DNA of 64,000 bases, taken from positions 89,838,001 through 89,902,000 of the forward strand of contig OX597814.1 in NCBI GenBank assembly GCA_951406725.2, given 5' to 3'. The position numbers were made by a program, and so were the translations under genes. Below the pieces are notes generated by a model that made no database searches, was not told where the DNA came from, and was given only the letters and a program-made list of their open reading frames with translations. Shown here one piece after another: positions 26,735-39,982 of this stretch; within the stretch, counting starts at the first letter, position 1; the number at the start of each line of letters is the position of its first letter. Source of the DNA: Octopus vulgaris (lineage: Eukaryota).

Positions 26735-27419
26735 CACATGTATGTATATATATATATATTATATACATACACACACATGTATATATATATGTATATGTGT
26801 ACACATACACCTGTATACATAAATAGATGTATATATAATTATATCATATTAAAAAATGTCAGAATAGTCACAGAAATGCATTGTATTTTAAAACCTGTGT
26901 TTTCTCTATTGACATGTATGAATAAATGAGTCGTAAAATCCAAATGTTAGTCCAGCATTCCACTGACACATGGTGACAGATAATATTTCTGAAACATCAA
27001 ATAAACATACAATATTCGTTTGTGATGCTTTTTATCAGTTCGACATTCTTGTCTAACACGACGTTAACAAATCATCCCTGTTTTACTAAAAGTATTCGAA
27101 TATCTACGTAAATGTAGAAGTGTGCTTTGTAGCACATTATTTGTGGGTTTCATATCATATACGCTTTGTTCAGTCATCGTATATGTGACTAGCTATATCA
27201 ATCTACTATACATTGTTAAGGATTCTATTTCCATTTTCGTGCACTACAATATATATCAAACATAAAAGTTCCTCAATTCTATAAATAAAACACTACATTT
27301 AATAAAAGAATAAAAATCTGTAAGTTATAATACAAAAGCACGCAATTTAAAACGCAACAATTCTCATGTACTGTTAGAACTATTATTATTAATCTGAAAA
27401 CTATTATATGCTAGATCAG

Positions 27420-29290
27420 CAGGGACGCTGTGTTGTGGTTTGGTGAAAAGGAATATTTTCAAACCTCATGAATCTAAATTGGGATTCTTGCAGAATACAG
27501 GACAGCTGTTTTCTGCAGGTAGACAATGGGAGGCTCTATTCCAATATATTTAATCCCCTTAAGTAACAATTTGGGAGATGTAACAAGTGCACATATTACG
27601 ACACGCATAATTGTCAACTTTGTCCTTCACAATCCCTTAATATTTTTGGCTAGGTCCTGATATTTCTGACTTTGTTTTCAATTGATTTGATATCCATTCG
27701 TTTAACATGATCTTGCTTCATTCGTTGTTTTTTCTTCCTCCATTGACCCTTGGTTCATCATAACTTTGTAATTCTACACTGGTTAGTGGTAAGCAGAAAC
27801 GCAATTTGAAACAATGTTATCGAAAGGTGTTTATATGAAAAAGAGATCATAAAAGTGTTGTCAAAATATAAAGCTATGTCGGAGCCTTGTAGTTTCTTCG
27901 AAAATATAACAAAGACGTAATGGTATCTAGACTGGTGTTTTAGATTTCACATCCCAGTTGTTCACTAGTGAAAGAAAGTTAAGCGTGAAAGATTTCTGCC
28001 CAAAGGATGTAGAAACGCAGAGAAAAAGAGAAAGAAACAGCGATCAGCGTCTGCAAACTAAGAAACAACAACAGCAAATTACTGACAATGTTGTTTTTAG
28101 AGCACCAGTAGTTGCATCATTGGTTGCAATTACTAGGATCATAAAAGAAATCACTGCGTCATCAATGTGAGAAGCCAATATCCATGAGTCGTCTACTCCG
28201 GTCTCGGTTATTCGTGTGACCTCTTTGTCTTGCAATAATGCAGAAGATATGGAGGACGAACAGGAGAGAAAAATGACAAGGGTATTTTCTCATTTTTCTA
28301 GTCTATCCACTGATAGACTAGAAAAATGGGAAAGAACCCGAAACGACGATTGCATCATAAAGGAAAACGCGTAGAACGTACGCAGTAAAACTTCTTTCCA
28401 CGTAAAAATGTTAGAAGCGTATTGTGTATCGTATACCGAACACTCATGTGATGGATATTTTTTGTGGAAATAAGTAACACATTTAAATATATTGCATTAT
28501 GTATCCAGCAATTTTTCATTTAATAACGTCTATATAGCTGCACAGTTTTTTGTATAACATTTGCATCACTTTTTATACGTATAAATGGGCTGCTGCGGCA
28601 AAATATTGAAATATTCTCAGGTTTCCATATTTGTCGGCCTTTTCTTTTTCTTTCATGACAGCATGTTGATCTCCAGACACTCTTGCTGGTCCCTATTAAA
28701 AGATGCTATATCCGGTTTTTGGTGGTCTAATATCTTGACTGCCTGGAAGTCAAAGTCCCAGATAAGCTTTTTTATCCCGTTTTTGTCCATAGTCTTTTCC
28801 GGTGTATGTTAATACCAAACGCCTGTCATGTCACATCCATACTTCTGACACAGTAGACAGTGAAGGTTTAGGGCTACTTTGTCGTGTCTGCGCTTGTACT
28901 CTTTCTTTGCAAGACTATCACCAGCGCTAACGATGTGAGTCAGGTTTTCGACCTTCTTTCCATACACCCTGCAGAGGTTCGTTGCCAAGGTGGTCATTGG
29001 ATCATTTCCGGAATACATTTTGTTATACTGGAAATAGATTGTTTTCCGCAAGGAACGTATATATTTTCCTTGCGAGGATATTAGTTAATATTTTCAATAA
29101 GAAGTTAAAACAAGTAATGGGCCGGTAATTGCCGGCCTCATTTCCCTTTCCCCGATCTTTAGTTGATAAGATTTTTTCCTCCGCTATCCATTCCAGAATA
29201 ACACACTTCTGTAATCAATCGACATAGTTGCAAATCATTTCGTTCGTGTATCCGAAATCCAGTACCTTGAGGCTCCAAGGGCGGGTTATG
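27420..29290 (-). mobile_element. Decayed Dong/R4-like LINE, internally deleted and interrupted at ~27720-28640
   Basis: GNEAGNYRPITCF (RT N-terminus, ~29130); LCRVYGKKVENLTHIVSAG...YKRRHDKVA (CCHC finger); LIWDFDFQ...KPDI (RLE); KYQDLAKNIKGL...LQKTAVLYSARI (C-terminus, ~27670-27490). Confidence 0.85.
28280..28339. repeat. 28-bp inverted repeat with 4-nt loop
   Basis: GGGTATTTTCTCATTTTTCTAGTCTATC-CACT-GATAGACTAGAAAAATGGGAAAGAACCC; inner 17 bp perfect. Confidence 0.85.
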
Positions 29291-30864
29291 AATCCATAAC
29301 AAATGAAAAGGTAATTGCACATGTTCGAAACTGCCAAACTGGAGAGCAGCAGGGCCAGGTGGAATCTAAAGCTACTGACTCAAGTCCGCCTGGTTTCCTC
29401 CCTATTTTTTCGACCAGTTCACCAACTAAAATTGAAGTGGATCTAAACAAATCTTTTTTCCGATAGATCTTTCGCTGCAACTGGAAACGTAGAAAATAAA
29501 GGTAGTGCAACCTCTCCCTTCATTAACAAAGACTGTAAACAAGAAAAAGAAAAGAAAAGAAAGAAAGGTGAGAGCAGCACCAGCAACTGGTGATGCAAGT
29601 CAAAGCGAGATGAGGGGTAGGTACGAGTTCCATGAAATAGAAAGCACATGATATAGATCCACTAAGAAAGGAAGTGTCACCTTACCCAAAGATTTTATTC
29701 CAGAGACTGCTAAGTGGATGGGGATGTCGATCTATTTCACGAGATAAATGGATAAACAAAATTGGAATTTCTTCCATATGTTATCGAATGATGAATTAGG
29801 AAAAATTCTGGTCAATTAGTGACATAAAGCAAGCTCCTCGAAGTTGCAAGTTGGATGGAGGTGTTTATCTGGTATTTAATATTGAAGCTGACGACAGAAG
29901 ACAAGGCGTTGTCATTTGCAAGTCTTCCTACGGTATGCTGACATTGTGTATAGACAGCAGAACTATAAAGAATATGGCCAAGTACATTAATGGATATGTG
30001 GACCATTGACTCCTTGTTATTTTTGCGACTTAGTACAGACAAGTGTTGTTACATGGAGAACAAGGCCATAATTATCCCTCAAGTCTACATGGCTAACCTG
30101 TAGTTTTATTGATTAAAGGGTCGAATTTGATGAAACCCCAAAGAAGAGTTGATTTTTCAACGGTCATATCAGCATTATGCTAAGCTAAGTGTCTTCGTTC
30201 ACGACCAAAACTAATAATCTTTTCGTAATCTTTTTGTATCACACGTATCAGGATCTCTGAATAATACTCGCTGTCTTTCTAAGAGAGCCACTAACATGTT
30301 TTTGTAGTATCCCTCTTCAGGTACGCAAGAAAAGGTTCCAGTGAAGAATCAATACTAGAAGATCAAACTAAAGATCGCTGAAAGTCTGCTTCTCCGTCAT
30401 GTCTTTCAGAAAATGGATTTTATTTCTATGGAAACGGTAGTCAACACATGATACTCGTAAAAGATGACGGGTGTTTAATTGAAAAAGACGATGGCAAATA
30501 TCAATTCTTACAACCACGTTAACCACACCGTTCTTTACGTCAATACTGCTGTTTGAGATGACGCTTTCAAGATTGCCTACCGCCAACAGACTACATAGAG
30601 ATCAAATAAACTTCTTACAGTGCTATCAAAGAATACTTGGTGACGAAAGATAAGAGACTCTAGAGAGAACTAGATTATCTTTCAGCACCTACGCAACCTT
30701 GCTATCTCGATATAATTTCTGTTTTTCCAGGAAATTGCACGCTATAAGCATAGTACAGAATATATGAAAACATATTTTCTTAATTGTAATACTTTCCTGA
30801 ACTTGTGACTTGATTAAAATTTTGTTCCGTTTTAGGAGTAATAATAATAATAATAATAATGATA

Positions 30865-30917
<53 letters not shown>

Positions 30918-30918
<1 letters not shown>

Positions 30919-31130
30919 TTCAGACAAATACATAACAAAAACACCAGGACTTACAAACACATATAACATACAGAAAATTGCACTACTAGGCACTGCACAC
31001 ATCCTACGCAGAACACTTTCCATACAATAACCATCAGAGCATCACAACAAATCACAGCAGATACCCAAGGCACGCAGAGCTGTGCTCGGTAGTGAAGTGA
31101 AAGCACGCTATAAAAATAAAACTACTGAAT
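30918..31130 (+). mobile_element. 5'-truncated Dong/R4-like LINE 3' end in (TAA)n
   Basis: SDKYITKTPGLTNTYNIQKIALLGTAHILRRTLSIQ* followed by a short 3' UTR; (TAA)n on both sides. Confidence 0.85.
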
Positions 31131-31164
31131 CATAATAATAATAATAATAATAATAATGATAATG

Positions 31165-31530
31165 CCTTTGTGGGGAGGGGGCTAATCGATTACATTGACG
31201 CCAGTGTTTAACTGGTACTTTATTTATCGCCTCCCCCCAAAGGATGAAAACGAAAGTCGACCTCGGCGAAATTTGAGCTCATAACGTAGTGACAGACGAA
31301 CTACCTATTTCTTTACTACCCACAAGGGGCTAAACCCAGAGAGGACTAACAAGGACAGACAAACGGATTAAGTCGATTATATCGACCCCAGCGCGTAACT
31401 GGAACTTATTTAATCGACTCCGAAAGGATGAAAGGCAAAGTTGACCTCGGCAGAATTTGAACTCAGAACGTAGCGGCAGACGAAATATGGCAAAGAATTT
31501 CACCCGGCGTGCTAACGTTTCTGCCAGCTC
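31165..31530 (-). mobile_element. Head-to-tail SINE dimer, same junction as 25156-25555
   Basis: Minus strand reads ...GGGTAGTAAAGAAATA-GGTAGTTCGTCTGTC... Confidence 0.8.
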
Positions 31531-31573
<43 letters not shown>

Positions 31574-31575
<2 letters not shown>

Positions 31576-32129
31576 GTCCTGATGCAGTACCAGGCAGTGG
31601 CTTTCATGGTTTCTCATCTTAACTGATTGGAAGTGTTATCATGTACATTGTTTTGTCTTGGTGTAAAAGATGGGCTACAGTAAACATTCTGCTCAATACC
31701 ACAGATTTGCTTGTCAGTTGTTTGACCTTAACCAGTTGAGTATATCCCTTAGTGGCTGACGATATGTGTATCTCTGATCACGAGCAGAAGTAGTGGGAGA
31801 GCATCATAGCCATGTGTTGAGAGGGATTCTTTGAGGTTTGAATAATTCAACTCTGGAAACATGGGTGGTTCATTCAATATCCTTAAACAACCCTTATTCA
31901 GGAACCTTTTGAACAGGATGGGTTACTCGACCAGAAGAAAATTCTAACTGGGCCCCACCTGCAAGGTCATGTGCTGTTTATCTTGATATGAGATCACCAT
32001 GTCGCGCACATATGGTTGTGATGCATGTGCCTAGAGTACCCTTATCAAACGGGTGGTCATGATGGGTAGACTGTGCTTCGTATATTTTACACCAGCGTCA
32101 TTTTGATGGCATGCACTGCTCTCTCACTC

Positions 32130-32130
<1 letters not shown>
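31574..32130 (+). mobile_element. ~557-bp dispersed non-coding repeat flanked by (TAA)n
   Basis: Highly similar to 38466-38966; both end ...GCATGCACTGCTCTCTCACTCA before a trinucleotide tract. Confidence 0.75.
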
Positions 32131-32173
<43 letters not shown>

Positions 32174-32440
32174 TGGATTTTCATTTAGGCACAAGGCCAT
32201 CAGTTTTCTAGGGAAGGGTTTGGTGGATATTATCGACTTCACACTTGATTGGTTCTTTATTTTATCAATCTCACTGTCACATGCAATATGGATGACATAT
32301 GAAATCAGAAGAAAAGCCGGGACAAATACTGCAAGGTATTCTCTCAGCTGCATCCGAGGAACTCCTACAACAACAACAATAACCACAGCTACAACTACTA
32401 CTACCACCATCACCACGACTACTACTACTACTACTACTAC

Positions 32441-32503
<63 letters not shown>

Positions 32504-32554
32504 ACTATTTACATATATATATGTATATATACATATATATGCATCAAGAAATTA

Positions 32555-33345
32555 ACATTGATATTTTTTCACTGTTGTTACAATCACCTGAAATGAAACT
32601 GTCAAATCGCGATATTCGAGCAATTATGCTATTTAACTTAAAAAAAAGACGTAAAGCAGCTGAAACTGTTCGCGATATCAAAGAAACTTTTGTTGAGGAA
32701 ATGACCAGTAAGTGGTCACCTCGAAAATAGTTTAAACAATTTCGCAGTGGAAACCTGAGCCTTGAAGATCGTGAGAGCAGTGAACGCACATTTATCCTCG
32801 ATGACGGTCAATTAAAAACCGTTATTGAGAGATTTCCACGTAAAACCACTCGAGAACTGGCAAAATTACTTCAAGTTAGCTAGAAAACGGCCTGCAACCA
32901 TTTGTATGCGATCGGAAAGCCCAAAAGCTCGACAAATGGGAACCGCACAATTTTAATGAAAATCAGAATATGCGCAGATATGAAATTTGTTCGTCGTTTC
33001 TTTACCGTAACCAAACCGATCCATTTCTCGACCGTAGTGTAAGATGAGATGGAACCCTTAACCTGAGCTCTTGAAAAAGAAGGTTATGGGGACAGTTCTG
33101 TAGTGTATTGCTGGACTCATCCACTATAACTTCTTAAAACCAGGAAAAAATCATTACTGCAGAAACATATTGTCATGAAATAGCCAAAATGAACGAAAAA
33201 CTACTAGTCCACCGTCTCAAACTAGTCAACAGTTTATTCCCCAGACTTTTCTCCTACCGACTACTACTTTGTCAAGCACCTTGATGGTTTCTAGCGAGGG
33301 AAGGAATTCGAAAATCAAACCGATGATGAAAGAGCGTTCAAAGTC
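32555..33345 (+). pseudogene. Internally deleted mariner copy, same family as 39983-41260
   Basis: MKLSNRDIRAIMLFNLKKRRKAAETVRDIKETF...; PDFSPTDYYFVKHLDGFL. Confidence 0.85.
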
Positions 33346-33616
33346 TGTTGAATTTTCTTGACAATTTTCTAGACTTTTGTTCAGTTAATTTTAAGCTTTT
33401 TTTGTTATAGCTGTATTACATTCACCTCCTTTGTGGATGGTTATGATTACATTTCGGTCTATAGCCATCATCTAATTTATAAATCTGACTTTATTTAATC
33501 TGAACCCAAAAGAACAAACACCATTCTTTTATAATTTTAATAAATTTCATATTTTATCATGTTTCTTGGTAGTTATTAAACCCCGAAACCTCGATTGCCT
33601 TAATTTCGAGACATCC

Positions 33617-33665
<49 letters not shown>

Positions 33666-34109
33666 TACAAAAATGGGACAAGACCACAAACCATCCAGAC
33701 AGTTAGGTGATACAAAACAAGGAACGACAAAATATCCAGACAGACGATACACAGAAAACGAGGACGGGTCATTCGTAGTTTTCTATCCTCAGTCAAGTTC
33801 CAGATTGTCTTTGCAATTTCGGCTGGTTATACTCGAGATTGCTCCAATTTCGCAACCCCAAGGTAAAACTAAGCTAAGAGCATAAGATTCCTTGGAAGAA
33901 AGCAGCGAATGTATACGAAAACAAGGACGGAAAAACGGATAACGTTACATAAATACAAATGCAAATATCAGGACATAAAAACAGGTGTCTTTCGACTAAG
34001 GACGAATTACATTAAGCTGGCATGTTTGGAAGTTAAACCTTACGGCAGGGTCATAAAGTTTGACAGGCACAGAAAGGAATATAGATGTTGCAAGGATGGT
34101 ATATGCATA

Positions 34110-34312
34110 TCTCTGTGTGCGTGTGTTTGTCTCCCCGTCACCGTTTGACAACAAGTGTTGGTGCGTTTGCATCCCCGTTACATAGCGGTTCGGCAAAATG
34201 ACCGATAGATTAAGTACCAGGCTTTAAAATGGTGTATTGGGGTCGATTCCTTCTATTAAAAATCCAAGATGGTACTGCATCCTGCCCACAGTCTTATGAC
34301 TGAAACAAGTAA
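34110..34312 (+). mobile_element. SINE 3' part (family of 63251-63598)
   Basis: GCGGTTCGGCAAAATGACCGATAGATTAAGTACCAGGC ... TGACTGAAACAAGTAAA. Confidence 0.65.
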
Positions 34313-34345
34313 ATGTTAGGAGTTAGAAGATATATATATACATTG

Positions 34346-34404
<59 letters not shown>

Positions 34405-34964
34405 CATTCATATATGTGTGTGTGTACATATGTGTATGAATATATGTCTATATAAGTGCGTGTTCGTGTGCGTATGTATTTATTTAAGTACTGGACTGAA
34501 AAGGGAAACTAAATTCAGAAATGGATGTATCTTTCAGCAATGTATCAATAGGAAAGGGAAGCATAATTATAGAATAGTTTTTAATATGCGAATGGATTGA
34601 GAAACGATAAAAATGTGTAATTATATGCTTAAAATATTGGAAGAAGTGAGGAGATTTGAAATAGCTACTTTTAAATTATAGTAATGATCATACGTATATT
34701 ATTAAAAATCAAAATTGTGAAGCAGTAATAAGTTGTTGAAATAAATTTTTATTTTTACATCTCTTTGAAAGATGGAAACTGTCTATTATCATTAACTGAT
34801 ACCCATTTTTATGAGTGCATTAATTACGTACATAAACTATATGCAATAGAATTACAAATGGAGATAATGATAATGAGTTTGGTAATGATGCCAAAAATAC
34901 TAATTTTACTGATAATAATTATAATCCTGTTAAATTTATAATTATAGTTTAAAATTTTTACACA

Positions 34965-35140
34965 AGTCCAGGGATGAGAGTAAGTCGATTACATCGACAC
35001 TTGTACGCAACTGGCACTTCTTTTTATCGATCCCGAAAGTACGAAAGGCAAGAACATCGGCGGCGTTTGAACTCAGAGCATAAAGACAGATGAGATACGT
35101 TTTGTTCCGCGTGCTAAGAATTCTGCTAGCTCGCTACCTT
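34965..35140 (-). mobile_element. Degenerate SINE (family of 2898-3110)
   Basis: TAAGTCGATTACATCGAC...CCCGAAAG...TTTGAACTCAGA...GCTAGCTCGCTACC on the plus strand. Confidence 0.7.
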
Positions 35141-35699
35141 ATTTAAGTGTCGAGAGAAATTCCGCTTAGAATTATTCTCTGATGTGCCAGCTCGCCGCCT
35201 TGATAAATTTATAATAACGGAAACATTTTTTTCATAAGTACACGCAACGCGCCGTCATGTACTAGTATTTTATTTTATCTTCCTTTGTGAGTTATAAAGC
35301 AATGATGACGTCAGCGGGTTTTTAAATCAGTACGTAAAGAGCTAAAACAAAAGATACCGTGAGGAGTTATACGTTGTGAAAATTCTGCCATTCCACAGAT
35401 CTTGGTTAATGGAAGTAATAATAGTAATTGTTTCTAACATAGGCACAAAGGTAATTTAGGTGAAAGAATTAATTGATTAAATCGACCCAGCAATTGATTA
35501 GATGATATTTATGAACGCTGGAACGATGTTGGCGATTTTGGTCTCGGCGGAATTTGATATCATAAAAAACCATAACTAAATTCGGTATTATTATTAACGC
35601 TGTTGTTGTTTTGTTCTAGAGGAGGTTTTCAAATCTCACCCAGAGACCACAAATTCCCGGTGGAATTTGAACTCATAAAGAACCATAACTAAATTCGCG

Positions 35700-38110
35700 A
35701 TTATTATTAACGCTATTGTTGTTTTGTTCTATAGGAGGTGTTCCAAGTATAACCCAGAGACCTCAAATAATAGCAAGTTGCACATTTTATTATGATTAGC
35801 AGTTTGCGAATAGGAGACGAGAATCTGAGAATTAAGATTCTGTTAGATTTGTAATATCTCATTTTTGAAAGAGTTTTGAGAGGATCATATAATTTCAAGT
35901 TGACACGGTTTTTATTAGAATATAGAAAGTAGCCATGAGTACAAGTTTTTGTTGTTCCAATGTCTTGGGGTTTCCTGGTGGATGACCATAGTTTTTAAAA
36001 GCCCCAGAGGTCACAGGTATAGTTGTTGTTTTTAGAAGCCACATTTTTGAGACTTTATATATACTTATCTTTATAAATGTATTTACAGAAGTGTTGCGGT
36101 CTGCTGGGTTGACATATCTATGAACAGATATGTTTTGTCAACGTGCTATTTACCACAATATCTAATCAATTGACCTGTATAACACGATCAGTTTGAGTAC
36201 TACAGTCGTAAAGAACGGTAATATCTTTATTCTCTTCTACTTTAGTAGGCTTATGTTCCCGCCATTTCTTCTCGTTTGATCGAGTGCAAATACTGGTGAA
36301 GTCTATCATAACGATTAATATATTGATTTGAAGCTAGCATAGAGTATCTAGATGTGAGGTGGTCAATTTTTTCCTTAGCTGTAACATAAAAGCAGTAGAA
36401 AAGATCAGCACTGTTTTGATGAATATTTGCTAGTAGTTTCTGGTGGGCAGACACTGATCCTATGCTGCTATACGGAAGCCTCATGCAGCCAATCATTGAT
36501 GGATCATATTTCAATCAACATCACGAGCACTCGTCCTTATAAGGTATTTGCCATACAATGCCTTAATTTTCTATGTATTTCGCAGCACAGTTTTCATTTG
36601 ATTTGGCTTGTGCTTTTACCTCTTCTGCTTTCACGCTGGGTTCACCCGTTGCATCTGGTTGCGTTTCAGTCTCGTTTTTCCCCAAATTCTGTACGTACTT
36701 CTTTGCTTTACATATTGACTACAATTCTTGGATCTTTCATATTCTAGACTAGTTTATGCATTCAATCTTACGTGTTCTTTAGATAGGCGTCTACCTCTAT
36801 GGTTGCTATCTTTGGAGACTGTTGCATGTATATCAGTTCAAGTCCGCTATTCTTTCGCGGAATGTATAGTCTATCAGCATCTGCCTTTGGGTGATACATG
36901 TGATGCATTGTGAGGAGCCTACGTATTGTATCAACTTCACTCATCTCACCGATGGATTATTTTATATGGTAAAACAGTAGGTTTACAACACATATAACTA
37001 GTAAGTTGTATCAATCCTGTGCCGCTTTCTCAGTATGGGACACTCTACGATAAATTTGCTTCCATATTTTTCACTCATTTGTGGGTACTGGACGCTACCC
37101 TTTTCATAAACACCTATATACTCGTAATATTTTTATCCTCAGAATCTAATTCCTTGATGATGGTAGACTTGTCTATCGGTATGTTGTTTCTTTTCAAGAG
37201 TTTTCCTTTAAAAAGTATGGTTCTAGCACATTTATCAAGGCCGAACTCTATTCCAATATCCCAACTGAATTGTTTTATTACAGTTAAAAGTATTTCCAGT
37301 TGTTAATTGTTTTTCGTGAAAGCTCTAGATCAACCATGTAAACGCGGTGTTTGATTTGTCTCTTGTATTGTCTGTACCCATGTTTTGTGTCATTCAATAG
37401 CTTACTAAGTGGGGTGAATCCAACACAAAAGAGTTGTGGTGATACAGGATACGCCTATAAAAATGCTGCAGTTTATGTCGACATTACTGGCGTCCGTAGT
37501 ACCTGTCTCTAAATTCAGTTTAGTAGTGTTTTTCCATTGCTTCATACTATTCAGCAGAAAATTACCAATAACTGGGATGACTGTGAATATTTCCAGGCAT
37601 TTCTCAATTGAGTTATGTGGAAGACTTTCAAAAGCTTTTTTGTCATCAATCCATGTAGTAGAAAAAAAATTGCGTCGTTTGTGGAAGTCTTCAAGAACCA
37701 GTTTATTGACTAAAAGGTGGTCTTTACAACCATACGAGCCTCAACTTCATCCCTTTTGTTCACTGGGGAATATCTTGTTATATTTGGTATCTTGGATGTT
37801 ATTCAGTTACAATGAGTGTTATTAACCATCTACATGGTTATAATACATATATTCGGTCGGTGATTTTCGTGGTTATTAGTTTCGAAGTTTTGGAGAGTAA
37901 GTTCCTCCATTTACCACTCTGAGGGATATTTTCCTGGGGTGAGGTGGATGAGTTTACCATGAGATTCAGGGAAAGTATTAAGCAAAAATTTAAGTTTATC
38001 TTTCTGAGGTGATTTCCATTTGCTTGATTTTCTCAATGAGATCTTGAGATCTTCAACACAGATTTTATTCCATACTTGCTCTTTAAGGTGTTCAGAGTCT
38101 CTTAACACGC
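35700..38110 (-). mobile_element. Decayed Dong/R4-like LINE (RT, zinc finger, RLE, 3' UTR)
   Basis: KSSKWKSPQKD, GCKDHLLVNK, WIDDKKAFESLPH, HRVYMVDLEL (decayed YMDD), KEKIDHLTSRYSMLASNQYINRYD; ends in TAATAAT. A ~113-bp junction duplication lies at ~35547-35650 and ~35659-35762. Confidence 0.85.
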
Positions 38111-38256
38111 GTACCAGTTGAATACAGCGCCCTATATAAATGACTTCCCAACTCCCTTCAAAATTGTTGGTCTTATGCCAAATGTAGAATTGATTATCAT
38201 AAATATTATGATGATGAGGATGATAATAGTCATGGTGATATCGATGGTGATGATAT

Positions 38257-38291
<35 letters not shown>

Positions 38292-38427
38292 GTAATAAAA
38301 ATATCCAAATATATGACACCCTAGGCATAACACCAACATGAATTTCTAACTTGCCTCTTGAAGTCTCTAGGTGAGATTTGGAACCAACTTGTACAAATAC
38401 AAAACAAAAGTCAAACATAATAATAAC

Positions 38428-38465
<38 letters not shown>

Positions 38466-38466
<1 letters not shown>

Positions 38467-38966
38467 CATGGCTTCTGATCTTAACTGATTGTCTTGGTAT
38501 AAAAGATGGGCTACAGCAAATATTCTGCTCAGTTCCACAGATTTGCTTGTCAGTTGTTTCACCATATCCAGTTGAGCATGTCCCTTAGTGGCTGACGATA
38601 TGTGCATCTCTGATCACGAGTAGAAGTAGTGGGGGAGCATCATAGCCATGTGTTGAGGGGGATTTTTTGGGGTTTGAATAATTCACCTCTGGAAACATGG
38701 GTGTTTCGTTCAACATCCTTAAACAACCCTTATTCAGGGACCTTTTGAGCAGGACATGCTACTCGAACTGAAAGAAATTCTAACTGGGCTCCACCTGCAA
38801 GGTCATGTACTGTTTATCTTGATATGAGATCACCATGTCACGCACATATGGTTGTGATGCATGTGCTTAGTGTACCCTTATCAGGCAGGTAGTCATGATG
38901 GGTATACTGGGCTTCGTATATTTTACCCCAACGTCATTTTGATGGCATGCACTGCTCTCTCACTCA
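38466..38966 (+). mobile_element. Second, 5'-truncated copy of the 31574-32130 repeat
   Basis: Direct similarity along its length with a ~29-bp internal deletion near the 5' end; preceded by (TAA)n and followed by (CTA)n. Confidence 0.75.
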
Positions 38967-39710
38967 CTACTACTACTACTACTACTACCTATTGTGATGA
39001 TGACTTAGGAATAATGAACTATCCACACAGTGATTTGAATAGCTAATATATTAAGTTAACAAAATATTAGGAGACTAGTGTACAGATACTAAAGAAGTTA
39101 TAGTCTCTGTGAAAAAAAGAAAATATGAACAGAATGGTCTTCATGAAATATGCTAAACGAAAGAATTGAGAGGAAATATAATCTACAGATACTAGACGTA
39201 AAAAAATTATCAAATACTCAAACAATGTAACTGTAAAAGAAATCGACAGATACAGTTGAGCATATGGAACCGACGTCGACTATTCTGGAGCCTAATACAT
39301 ATGTGCTAAGAAACAGAAAGACTTTCGAATAGAAAATCTATGCATGTAAAGAACAGGTATGCTAAATCTGACTGAATAAATATAAAGAAGCATTCTTTAA
39401 GAACACAAAAAAGTCGGCAAAAGAATTTTTTATGAGATTTTGTGTTCAGTATAAACGTGGATCAATTAGCCAAAAGATTTCGACAGCATATCTGATTCAT
39501 GGAAAATCCCGATATATTGGCACGATATATTTAGAGAAGCGGTATCGAATAAATCGGTATTTTATTTCAACGCAGTTTCCATCTCGCAGGGTTGAAGAGC
39601 AAGTTCTCATCCCACGGTTAGGATATACATAGATACATACAAAGTTATATATATACACGCACACACATACATACACAAACACACAGGCACGCGCACATAC
39701 ACACAATTTA

Positions 39711-39924
39711 CGAAGGGATGCTGAAATGTTAATGGCTTTTGGTAAAAGACAATACAAGAGAATCAATTAATTATGAATTTATGTAACATATTCCCTTCTC
39801 AGATTCACCCACTTATTGCTGCGTTCCTTCAGTTTTTCTAAGCCCTGTAAAATAACTCGGAAGGTTGGGCCTCCAACGAAGTCTTCGCGATGGCCTTAAA
39901 GCTAGGCACTTTCTATACAGCTCG
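39711..39924. mobile_element. Mariner-type MITE
   Basis: TA-CGAAGGG... and ...CTCG-TA termini with degenerate TIR; no coding capacity. Confidence 0.5.
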
Positions 39925-39928
39925 TATG

Positions 39929-39960
<32 letters not shown>

Positions 39961-39982
39961 AACATTCCTATTTATATATGTA

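Noticed and set aside
29700-30660. Possible very old piggyBac-like transposase relic (IRKN, KYINGYVDH fragments)
   Set aside because: Motifs too fragmentary to support without a profile search.
33445-33480. Hammerhead-like remnant (minus strand GAUGA-UGG..CC-GAAA-UGUA)
   Set aside because: Core 5' bases and stem I are missing; at best a decayed copy.
33762-33802. Hammerhead-like CUGAGGA...GAAU...GUC on the minus strand of a TA-flanked insert (~33661-34075)
   Set aside because: GAAA is broken and stem I does not pair convincingly.
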